From Psammoneis japonica (taxonomy: Eukaryota), in assembly GCA_008632985.1 (NCBI GenBank), contig QPGO01000027.1:124001-188000 (forward strand): a DNA stretch of 64,000 nucleotides. The letters are read 5' to 3'. How positions within the stretch are numbered: position 1 is the stretch's first letter; every line of letters begins with the position of its first letter. The notes beneath the pieces were generated by a model that was not told where the DNA came from, searched no databases, and saw only the letters and a program-made list of their open reading frames with translations. A program made the translations under genes and the position numbers. Of the stretch, positions 21,583 through 33,230 are shown piece after piece.

Positions 21583-24500
21583 CTAATTGGCAGTTTCATC
21601 AAGGGCATCACGCGGGCGTTTGCGGCTTTCCATTGGTGGACTCTTTGGCACATCTCGCTTCTGCTTTGACAAAAGCTGGTAACACAAGTTCAGTCTCATT
21701 TCATCCGCTGTCGGGAGTGGTTTCGGCCAAAACAAGTCAAATGGATTTCCAATATCAAGTTCTGAGGGCTTTTGCATTACGGAGCCTGAATTTAAAATCA
21801 CAATCGCGTCTTTTTTCTTTGCGTGCTCTCTGTAGAAGCGAAACGACTGGTCAGCGACCAGATAATCTACAAAGCTATATTTCGTCACTCGCATCTTGGT
21901 TCCACGTACCTCACAAACCTCCCCACATCAACTCCGTCTATACCTTCACCTAGTTGGTGGTCTACAATCACGAGATCAAAGCTGCGTGATTTCAGTAATT
22001 CCTCAGCTTCCTCTCCCGTAGTTGTAGCTGTAATGTTCCATCTCTGTATCACAAAGTCAGGCAGTCTTAGATTCGAGAAAAACACGAGATGCAACATGTG
22101 GTGGCGCAGTATCGCTCGCTTACCTTTTCTGCGACAGACATATCGGTAAAGTGCGGAGACGATACTTTCCGGAGCTTGCGGCCCATGAAGTGATTGTTCA
22201 TTTTTAGGTCATCGACAGTCAGGACGCTCCAACCACTGGGAGGGCAAAGATGATCCAGCAGCTTTTCCAAGATGGTCCGATCAGAAGGGATTGGTTTTTG
22301 CATAAAGCCCTCTGCGCCAGCTGACAAGTGATTCATCTCTTTCTCGTTACCCGAGATACCGATAATCATGGCATCCACCTTGTTCTCTCGGAGTTTCTGA
22401 ATTGTCTCAGCTCCGTTCAAGTCTCCAATCCCCATGAAATGATCCATAGTAATTATATCGTAAGCTTCCTCCCGCTCACACGCTTTTTCGATAGCTTCTT
22501 CTCCACTTTCGGCTTCCTCGACAATAGCGTCAGGAAAGAGGCGTTGGAATCTTCGCCGAATGAACTTTCGACACACTTTGTCATCGTCCACAATTAATAT
22601 ATGATATTTTCCCTTGACGTGAGAGAACGTTTCAACAACACTCTCTTTCTTGGTGGAGCTTTTTTGTTTCTTGTTGCTGATGCCATCATCTGAAACTATG
22701 CTATTTCTGCGGATCTTCTCGCTGTTTGTTCTTGCAGCGACGACCGCTCTGGATAACGATTCAAACGTTGTGATTGGGCAGGATTCTTCGTCATTTAGTA
22801 ACGAGTTGATTGGAAGTTCCACGATAAATTCAGCGCCCTATGATTGGAAAAGTAGCGAGAAATAAGCAATCCTCGGACTCAATATTCATTCAGAATTGCG
22901 GCTCATAGAATGACTCACCGGATGTCCTTTAATGCCAGAATCGTATTCACGGTTTAGAGAAATCTTGCCTCCCATAACTCGTACAAAAGCTTGACAGAGA
23001 CAAAGGCCTATCCCCGTGCCATTAGTGGTGGAACCCAGCTGAAAGAAAGAGCAATATGTTAGCATTCAGTCTGGCAGAAACCAAGAAAAGACAAACAATT
23101 TCTTCGTACCTGCTCCCACTTTGAGAAAAGCGAGTCATAATTTGCAGGAGATATTCCGCAACCAGAATCGGCAACGCTCAAAATCATGGTATCCCCCAAT
23201 TTTCCTTCTGTACTGCTTGTTTGGCTCAACGTCACTCGTACAAATCCTTTGGACGTGAACTTGAGACTGTTGCTGACCAGATTGGTCACAACTTGTCGCA
23301 ATCGCAAACTGTCCACGTAAGCAACGAGTCCCTCACCACCACACAATTCCACTTGTACTCGCTTGTTGCGTACATTCATCATGTCACGCGTCGGAATCAA
23401 AATTTCATCACGAACGTTGCAGGATTTTGGGTGGAGTGCAATTTTCCCTTCAATGCACTTGTTTAAATCCAGCATGTCTGTCGGGAACGACGAGAATGAA
23501 ACAAACATTAGCAATCCATGTAACAAAAGATGGGGGTAAACACTGCAACCAAGTTCTCACCTGTCAGTAACTCAACAATATACCGCAATGACTCGGATAT
23601 AAGGTCAATATGCGATGCGGATTCCGGAAGTTTGTAAAATGCGTCGTCCTTGAGGGCAGCAGCTGCCTCGGTGGCAATCGACAGTGGGTTCCGAACCTCA
23701 TGGCTCAGCCATTCTGTAAGTCCCTTTTCAGCATCCACCAACTTGAGAGCCGCTTCCTTCTTCTTCTCTTCCTCTTTAAATTTAGTAATGTCCTGTCCAG
23801 CAAAGGCAATACCTTTAAAGGCGCCGTTACTGTCGTACCGTGCCTTGTTCTTCACGTAAAGGTATACAGCTTTGCCAGAGTCCTTGGTAAAAACTACAAT
23901 CTCGTCCGCTTCTTTTGAAAAGGACGATTCTCCCGCCCGAATACTGCTTCCCAGTAGCAAAGTGATGCGGTTGCGTTCGTCTTCCGGCATAAAGTTGCTA
24001 AAAGACTGCCCAATTGCTTCTTGCTGCGAGAACCCCGTCAGCTTGGTCATGACACGGTTCCACTTGTAAACGATTCCAGCACGATCAATGGCAAAAATAG
24101 GAGACATGCTTTCGTCCATGAGCTCTCTGATTTCGGTCCGTGCGCTTTCATTGTGAGCTTCATGTTCTGTAATATCACTCAGAACGCCCGTCCACTTTGT
24201 AAGAGACTCGACCGTCCCGTTGGCATTTACTTCTTCCACAAGACGAGGCTTGGATTTGCCGTGCACAAACTTGACGTTTTGGTCCTTGTCGAGAATTCGA
24301 AACTGAAAGTCCCAAACAGTCATGTTGGTCATGCTATCCACGACGGATTTTGTGAATTTCTGCTGATCATCGGGGTGCAGCGCATTCACCAGCATCTCGG
24401 GGTGAGCCATTAGGTGCTTTGCAGAAAAGCCATATATTTCCTCGCAGTACTCTGATACATAGGGGAAATTAGAAGTACCGTCGGCGTGGTTAATCGTGAA

Positions 24501-24647
24501 GGTGTACACCATGGCGGGTATCATATTGATGTCGAGATCCGGAAAGGGAGGGGGGGAGTTTCCCTTTATGTTTTCAAGCGCTTTGTCCACATCGACCGGA
24601 GGAGGAGGATCTGCTGTCGTGTCGTTACGAGGAGCGTCGGGGGACAT
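21583..24647 (-). CDS. Hybrid sensor histidine kinase: 2 PAS, HisKA, HATPase, 2 receiver domains; multi-exon
   Basis: YVSEYCEEIYG and WNRVMTKLTG (PAS), SHEVRNPL, NLVSNSLKFT, DSGCGI, ILIVDDD..DIITMD and VLTVDD..DLVIVD; GT-AG introns between ORFs. Confidence 0.93.
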
Positions 24648-24966
24648 TGTGTTGAACGATATCAGTAAATGCAACGGAGATGAGAGAAAAAGTAACAAAC
24701 CACGCACAACGCCATGGAGGGTGAAGCGCTGGGCGACGCTGCGACGCTATGAAGATCGGGTGACCTACCGACGGCAAGAAACTGGCAATTGAATATGAAA
24801 TCAAAAGACGACTTATATATCTATATATATATATATCCATGAATGAAATATCCACCGCGCCGGCCGCCACAAAATTCCAAAAAAAACAGCGCCAGTTTTT
24901 GTTTTTGGAGTTTGATCATGACGATTGACGAAAAGATGCGCCGCTGTCATAGTAGCGCAAATGGCA

Positions 24967-27282
24967 TCAGGACGTCGGTTGCAAAGGCTTCGGTATCACA
25001 TGAACGGCAAGTGTTGCCGAGTGCGCGGTACCTGCAGAATCGCTTACATCTAGTTGAAGCATGTAAGTTCCCGCCAATGAAAAAGACACTGAAGTTTCAA
25101 GTGACTTATCATCCTCAAACAAAGCATCGCCAGGACCAGAAACTAATGTCCAAGTAAAAGATGGAGAACGCCCCAGCAACGTAAGGTCTCGGACAATTCC
25201 ACCAATGTCCATACTCTGATTCTCTTTCAGAGGAATGCGGTCTTTGTCCAAAAAAGTCACCAATGGATCTAAGAACAGACCTTCCCCAAACCAAGAATCC
25301 AGTTGCGACCAAATATAGCCAGCCTCTTGCGCTGGGAGCATGACATGACGAAGGCTATTTTGTCCCAAACGATCCTTGAGTTGCGCATAATACAGTGATC
25401 GCGGTGAAACGTGCGCATCCACGGACCTCCAAATCCCTTGCTTTGTTTGTACCGTATGATTGCCAATGTTTCCAACGGCGTAGTTCATTGCATTGTTCGG
25501 TGCATCACAGACAATGTTTCCCTCACAATTATAAAGCATAACTTGTGCACCAGCCCATCCGTGTCCGGAGCCGAGTGAACCGCGGTTCCTCACGGCAATT
25601 CTCCCCCCAGACCCATCCTCTCGAACGGAACGAATGCTATCAAACAGTTGTCCTGTGGAGTACCTGTGATGTGGACCAATCTCGCCAGCAGCGGTATCAA
25701 TAGCCAAATTGTCCACAAAAGCATTCGGTCCCGGTGTGTATGCTCCACAAGCAAAATCACGACGTCCGCTTTGAGCAAAACAACGTTGAAACAAGATGAA
25801 GCTAGAGTTGACAACGGTGAACGAGACACGGCGACCACCTTTCACCAAGCTCCTGAACTCAAGCATGGCGGAATCTTCCACGGTGATGAAGCTGCAATAT
25901 CGCTCGATGGAAACCAAGGAATAGCCAAAGTATTTGCCGGTGACCTGACGCACCCAGGCATTGCGAACCCTCATCATCTGAATGGCTTTCCAACCGTGAT
26001 TTTCGTCTTTAGGGTCTGATGAACTATACGACGATTCCAATCTGAGGTTTTCGATACCAACATTTTCAGTTTGATCATCAAGAGTGTATTCGTAGACAGC
26101 CGCACCACCGTACAGGATCGAGTCGATTGGTTGGACGATTGATGCGTCGACCGTGATCTGGTTGTCCATAACGGCGGTGACAGTGCGGCGCCACATGATT
26201 TGATACTGGCTCGGGATCCATCCATACTGTCCCATGTCGCCCATGTCATCTAGCCAAGCTTGATTAGGTGTGAGTTGCACAATAATCTCTGCCCCGACAA
26301 AGAATCCGTGTCCCGGTGTTACATTGAAGCTTTTTGCACCTGAAGGAACAAAGGCATCGTCAACTCGCATTCTCGGCCCAACACGTTTTGGATTGCCGTC
26401 GCCCGTTATAAAAATCATGTTGGACTGTTTTGAGTTTGTGTAGGTAATCTTGGTCCCACCCGCGCCAGATCCTTCACCACGAAGCACGACGCCACTTGTT
26501 GAAATTGTCAATTGTCTGGATACACTGTAGTTTCCCGCTTTCAAAAGAACGGCGCCGCGAAAGCCGTCAACTAGAGGAAGTGAAGAGACAGTTGAAATCG
26601 CATCTTGGATCGCGTCTGTGTCATCGCTAGACGTGGCATTAATCTATAGCAAGATGGTTTGAAAAAGACAGCAAAAAAAACTCTAGCATAAGTCCCCGCT
26701 CGATTGAAACGCATTCACTTGTTGGAAGTAGCAACGATCAACCAGAGACGCAACATTAGGAGGACTGCGGGCACTTACTGTCACCGCCGCTTGTACAAAA
26801 GGAATCGGCACACCTTATCATTCAACGGTTGAAAAACCATGTCAGTGTCGGAATACTCAAGCCAAAACAATCAATTCTGCGCTACGGTGTTCATCAAAAG
26901 TATCTTACCTCCGCCTATTGAAACAAACAGAAACGAGAGAAAGAGAACATTGAGAAATGAGTGCCACGATGGAGGCAAAGGTTTTGGGTATGCAATGCCT
27001 AATGCCGACATGAATAGTCAGAAAGATGTCGTGGTTACCTTTGTACCCCGCATTTGAATAGTCTGGAACTCTATTGGTAAATCCTCCATTGATTTTGTTG
27101 TCGTTGGGGCCATTCTGGTTTTCGTAAGCATCATAATGGAGAGCCGAGCCGCCCCGAATCAACGACACCAGCTGCTGCGACCTTTCGTCCAATTCCAAAG
27201 AACGGCGACCGGAAGCAGTGTCTGAATTTGCCAGCACCAAGCAACAGCATGACAGGAAGAAACCAGCAATTGCCGCCGTCAT
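24967..27282 (-). CDS. Secreted pectate-lyase-like beta-helix protein with C-terminal PKD/Ig-like domain; exons 27282-27039, 26914-26909, 26813-26779, 26643-24967
   Basis: Signal peptide; spliced PDYSNAGYKGGGVPIP, DDTDAIQDAI, GAVLLKAG, GVVLRGEG, GPHHRYSTG, GHGWAGA; WTLVSGPG...AGTYMLQLDVSD. Confidence 0.8.
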
Positions 27283-27468
27283 CTTGTCACCAGGGAGCGT
27301 TATTGTTGCCGCGGTGTACCGGTGTCGCTCTGCTGGCTTTCCTTTTCATAAAATATTATGTAACTCGGGCAAAGAAGAATGTGAGGACAGTGTGAGGAGG
27401 GCCTTTTTCCGTTGCGGCCGATTTCGGCGGAAAACGAAATACACCAACATTTAGATATACATACAAAA

Positions 27469-27579
27469 AGTTGAACAGAGATTTTCTGTTAAAAACAATC
27501 ATGTAAGTATTATTATATATTAACATAAAATATATACATTGTTAATCGCTGGCCGCCACCAAATTTTCAAAATCTAAAA
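27469..27579 (+). repeat. ~110-bp direct repeat, TA/CG-intact copy
   Basis: AGTTGAACAGAGATTTT...GCTGGCCGCCACCAAATTTTCAAAATCTAAAA shared with 32069-32172. Confidence 0.85.
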
Positions 27580-27669
27580 CTTGAAACTGTGGCGCGACGA
27601 CTCACCCGCCAAGAGTGGACATGCCATACATCACATTATATACATGCGAGGCCTCCAAAGCCAAGTCAA

Positions 27670-30600
27670 GTGCCACTTATGTATCCTCGCAGACTCCGGA
27701 AGTCATGTTGCAACAAGAAGTGTCGTTGCAGCAAATGACGCAACAAGTGCACGTGAGATCCGGCGGGGCGAGACAGCCCGCCAGAATTTCGCCGACTGGA
27801 GCACCTTCACGCTCGCAAAAGTCGTTCAAATCTCCAGAGAGGCCCGTCATTGCAAGCCACAAGAAGTCTTAACACGAGAACACGGAGTGACAGGTGAGAA
27901 TGGGCAATGACGAGAATGAGTCGGGATCACGAAGCAGTGAGTCCTGCACTCACCCAGTGAAGGAATGAGAGCCAAGCTGTCAGGGACTGCACCAGTCAGA
28001 GGGTTGTCATGCAAGCAGAGTTCTGCGTTTGAACAAAAGGATTCCCGTTGTGAGTTGATGGACGTCCAATCTACCAATCCACAACAAGGAACTTCAGGAT
28101 AAAAGCACTTACGATGTAAGCTGGAACATTTTCCAAGGTCCCGGGGTGTGGTTCCTGACAGGCGATTTGAAAACAAGCCAAGTTTTCTCAGCTCAGAATG
28201 TTTCCAATGGACGACGGCATTGTACCGGTCAGCTGGTTCCCCGCAAGTTCTACCCACTGTAGTGCTGCGGATGGCGTTGTTGAAAAGAAACTCTCCAGAT
28301 TTCCTGAGAGACGATTGGCGATTGCGTAAAACCCAAATGACGTGCCTCGGTTTGCGGAAAAGTCTGGAATGGTTGAATTGAGACAACAATTGAACCCAAC
28401 ATCAAGTCCTTTTAACAAAGGAAGATCTGCAATGGCCTGTGGGATGCTTCCACTGAAACTGTTGTGCGACATGTCAAGTTCCGCAAGCTGGACAAAATTG
28501 CCAATTTCTGTGGGCAGTGTTCCATGAAAATCATTCTTCTCCATGTGCAAGCATTTGAGATTATTCAGAAGACCAATCTCGGTTGGCAGGCTTCCAGAAA
28601 ACTTGTTGTCGCTGATGTTCAGCATCGTGAGATCAATCAACAGACCTAACTCAGATGGAATCGAGCCTGTTGTTTCGTTTCCGAACAACGTCAAATGCTG
28701 GATCTGCGTGAATCGTCCAATTACTTCGGGTGCAGAACCAGAAAGACTGTTTGCAGCTAGTCTCAGCAGCTGAAGAGAGGGCGGAGCAGAACCGAAAAAG
28801 CTCTCAAGATGTCCCGAAAGCTCATTTCCGTGGAGCCACAAGTGAATAAATGATCTTGGTTTCCCAGAAAGTTGGGCAAAGAACCGGTCAAGGAATTGTC
28901 ATTAAGGTGCAGAACCCGAAGGAAAGGCAGATTCGCCAGCGCTTGAGGGATTGTCCCTTGTAGATGATTCTGGCGCAGAGACATCATCGTCACATTTGAC
29001 AGCTTTCCAAATTCGGTCGGAACATCTCCTGCAAGACGATTGCCGCTCAAAAACATCTCCTCGAGCCTCGCACTCCCGATTTCGCTAGGTGTCGTCCCCG
29101 TGAAATCGTTGAATCGAGCGTCGAGCCATCTGAGCTCGGTCAATTTACCAATGTCACTTGGTGTTGCCGAATTCACAATGTTTGAATGAAGATCAAGACA
29201 TTGCAAATTCGTGAAGTCGCCGACATGACTAGGGAGACTGCCTGCAAGGGCATTGTCGAACAACGTCAGAGTGGTTAGAGAATGCGGCGTGGCTTTGAAG
29301 AAATCAATCAAGTTTCCTGATGGCCCACATTTCCGTCAGCCTTGAAAACTTGCAGGCGTTCGAGGTTTGAATCAAAGATTGGCAGAGATCCCGTGAACTT
29401 GTTGTTGGAAACCTCCAACCGAACCAAGGCAGCCGGAGCAAAAGCTGGGGGCGCATCAAGTCGGCCAAAAAGTTGGTTGTCTGCCAAATGCACGGTCTGG
29501 AGATTTGGGGACGTGAAAAGCGGTGGCAATGCATTGGTCAATGTGTTTCCGGTTAAGCCCAATTCTTCAAGGTTCACTGTTTCAAAAAGCTCAGAAGGCA
29601 GTTTCCCGTTCAATCGACAGTCCATGCAACCGAAGGACCGGAGTCTTGAAAGGTTCCCAATGTTGGCAGAGATGGTTCCACCAATGTTGTTTCTGCCCAG
29701 CCACAGCAGCTCGAGGCTTGGCAGTGAGAATGTGGAATCTGGGACAGTCCCCTCCAGGTAGTTCGAACAAGCATCGAAGAGTGACAAGTGGGACAGGGCG
29801 CCAATGGAGGATGTGATTGAGCCTTCGAGAGAATTGCAGCTCACGTTTGTCATTTCAAGCATGGACAAGTGACCGATCTCGTCCGGAAGCAATCCCGTCA
29901 AATTGTTTGAACCTGCAAAGAGGACAACCGTGATGTGGAAAGGCTTGCCAGGCATTCGTCATTTTGCAGCTCCAAGTGACAGAGCCCTTGCACATTGCAT
30001 TACTTGCCAAGTGCAACCTTCGATGCGAAGCCTTGGCTGTCACAAAAGATGCCAGAATCTGTGCCGTCATTCCACTGGCACATGCTGGACTCGGACAGGA
30101 AAGAGAACTGATCACGCCAATTATCTCCGACGGAAATAAAGTGCAACAACGCAAAAATGTGATGCTGTTGGATCCCTGTTTCCGGATCATTGTCGGGGTC
30201 GACAAGTGCAGAGTCATTGTGTGCTAACCACGTGGCAGCTTCGCACTGAGGGGATGAAGAATCCAGAAGAAGATCCGCTCCTGAAATGGGTGACAGCACA
30301 CGGACGAATTTGTCAGGGACAGCAGGCTCCGGAACTGGCCCATCGTCCTTCTGAAGACTAAAGACGACAATCAACACGACCCCGACAATGACCAGAATAA
30401 ATGAGGCAAGAATCATCATGAATTTTCTGTTCTTGAATGAACAGAACTTCTCTGGCGGGACAATGTCTGCCACCAGAGTGTCTTTCAACATGTTCTTTTT
30501 TGTCTCTTCGACAACATCACTCTCACTCCGAACCACTTTGCTGGCATTAACAATCACCGTTTCTGGTGAATCATCATCATCTTCAGAACTTGGTGTGGTT

Positions 30601-31187
30601 GCATTGTCCACAATGACGGGGTCTCCAGCTTTGGCATCAACGTCAGTGTTGCCGGACCCTTGAACAAAATGGGCCCCTGGCTCTGAAGTGTGTTCGTTGA
30701 CAGCACGCACCGCTGTGGTTTCAACGGCAGTTGATGGGTTCGTAGATGGTGCATCTCTTGGCAGTGCAGACTTGGGGACCGCTTGTTCCCTTCGCTCTTT
30801 GGTTCTTCTGTGACAATCCTTGACCTGTTCATCAATTGTCGGTGGAAGAAGCTTCTCGTTCAAGCCGCGACTTGTCTTCTTTTTCATCTTGTGCCGTCTT
30901 TCGTCGCATGTTGATGTCAAAAGTGTCATCGCCCCTGACCTTCTCATTCCTCTAGCTGTCTCTGTTGCATCAGATTTCTTTTCCGGGAATGTTTCTTCTT
31001 CTTGGGGTGCGCATTTCGTTTCAGGAAACTCTTCCGCAAAGTTGTGCCCTCTGAATGCCGTGGCACCCACTTCGTTCGACTTGACTGAAGCCATGCCATG
31101 TGAAGTCTCTGGCGTGCTGTGCCATTTTGGCATGGGTGGGGGCTGCAGTGGTTTAAGGTCCTCCCTGTGCGGTGACTGTTTCTTCAT
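27670..31187 (-). pseudogene. TM-anchored LRR receptor-like protein, frameshifted and TpA-depleted
   Basis: Low-complexity N-terminus, TM helix, LRR cap (C.W..GIFC), many L..N.L.G.IP repeats; frameshifts near 29310, 28845 and 28200; His/Cys at Tyr positions. Confidence 0.85.
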
Positions 31188-31552
31188 CCTCGTAGCAGCA
31201 ATCTTGTTCGCACACGTTGCTGAGATCGCAGGAAAACGCAGCACAGCCACAACAAGCTTTCGACTTTTGCCTGAGAAGAATGCAAATTTTCTTGTGCGAG
31301 GGTTTTTACCTGCCTCTCTCTCTCTTTCTCTCTCTCTTTCTCTGTTGATGAAAGAAATGGGATGAGCGATCCTGTTGTAAAAAAGATTGGGTTCGGATTC
31401 ATGAATGAACTTGCTTCACTTCCGCTGTCACTTCTGCATTTTTTTGGAAGCAGGTTCTGACCAACTCGACTCAAGCAATGCGGGAGTGACCTGGATGCCT
31501 TTAACCACCTGTGGCACTCCAGGCCAATCGTCAGGTCAATCGCCCTCTGTCA

Positions 31553-31558
31553 CTCTCT

Positions 31559-31597
<39 letters not shown>

Positions 31598-31623
31598 TTT
31601 CTCTCTCTCTCTCTCTCTCTCTC
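31553..31623. repeat. (CT)n microsatellite (others at 31313-31342 and 39879-39909)
   Basis: Directly visible. Confidence 0.95.
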
Positions 31624-32068
31624 TGCCAGTGTCTGACGTGCTCTCTTCCAGGATTTGACAAACAACTGATCGAGGCAAAACTCATCAAAGTCACCCTCCA
31701 GCAAAAAACCAAAACGGAGCAGCTTCAGGCACCTGATCACATGCTGGATTGTTTTGGGGCGGCAGTCAAAGGGATTTTTGGTGCTGTGATCCATGTCAAA
31801 GAACGTGTCCTTCCTGCAAGGAAAAGCACTTGGTGGGAGCGGTTTTTGTCCTTTTCTTCTTGGGTGCGGGGGCTGCCTCCTGAGCGGCGTTTTGTTTCTC
31901 ATGGGCAGCCACCTGATTGGAACTTTGCTGCTTGTCAGCATTGCATCCATGGGCAGTGGCTGGTCCATGAAATCTTTTGCTTCCACTGGCTGTCGCCCCA
32001 TTGGATGGTGAGCTCTCTTGTCTTTTCCTGTGTTGCACACCAACGAACAAACAACATTGAGCTGGGGC

Positions 32069-32172
32069 AGTTGAACAGAGATTTTGTGCAAAAGTGCATC
32101 AATGAAAGTGTGTTGATGTGAAATGTGTTCATTGTCAATTGCTGGCCACCACCAAATTTTCAAAATCTAAAA
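32069..32172 (+). repeat. ~110-bp direct repeat, converted copy
   Basis: Aligns to 27469-27579 with TA->TG/CA and CG->TG/CA substitutions. Confidence 0.85.
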
Positions 32173-32399
32173 TTGAAGAAATCAAACAAGTGTGCCACCT
32201 GTGGCATGATTTGCCTGAAATGCTTGTGGAAAAGCACAGCATTCCTGAATCATTTTCACGTGCTTTTAGATCTTCTGGCAGAAGCAAGTCATCACGCAGC
32301 TTTTTTCACAAAAAGTTGTCTCGCTTGCAAACAGTCCATGTTGTGCAAGGAGCAAAGATCGTTCACCATGACTGTTCTTCTTGGTGAGTGCTTTGTTGC

Positions 32400-33174
32400 A
32401 TGGAAGGTGCTGCAATGTTTGGTGTCCTTGACGGTGATGCGCCACACAAAGCTCGACCTTGTTCCAGAGCTGAGTGATGGACATGCCAGTGGCTGTGTCA
32501 ATCTGATCATTGTCAATGTGAAGAAGGTAAAAATGAGCAAGGCCAATGCCAAACTGAAGCTTGGAAACTTCATTGGGGGGGCCGTCCATCCCAAGATTGA
32601 AAAGACCATTTCCAAGGCGATTGTCAAGGCTTTTCTGTCTTTCCTTCAAATGGGCACAAAATCTTTCCCCTTGCAGGATTTCATTGTTGATGTGGACTTG
32701 GGTGGAGAAATGGGCGCTGAACGCTGTGCAAAGAACATCAAGTGTGACCACAAAGGCATCCAATTTCAAGCGCACAGCAACTGGATCCCTGATGTTGAAG
32801 TCTGGTGGTCAGACAATTGGATCGTTCCAAGTCGTTTCAAGTTTGAGAGTCATGGGACAAAAAGGAACACCTCTGAATCCCCGCAGGTTGGGGAGTGTTT
32901 CATCTCTTGGCACAATGTGAACAAGTCACTGGAAGGATGTCTCAACAGCATCAACAGAAACGGTGACCACACTGTCGAAGATCTCAAGTTCTTCCACCCC
33001 GAGGACGATGGTGGTTCAAGCAACACAAAGATCAAGGTGTTTGCCATGATCGACTCACAAAAGCTTCATTTGGCGGTGCAACTGGATGATGGACACATGA
33101 CTGGAAAAGATTGGCGCAGACCGCGCGGCGCGCCATCTTTTCGTCGCCTTTTTCGAGGACAACAGACAACATAG
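32400..33174 (+). pseudogene. Protein-like ORF relic of unknown family
   Basis: Part of the 349-aa ORF 32125-33174 with globular-looking composition but no Tyr, in TpA-depleted DNA. Confidence 0.35.
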
Positions 33175-33230
33175 CGTTGAGCGTTGTTGATGGTTGACGC
33201 ATGTCTTTCGCTATCTGCGCTCGTTGAACC

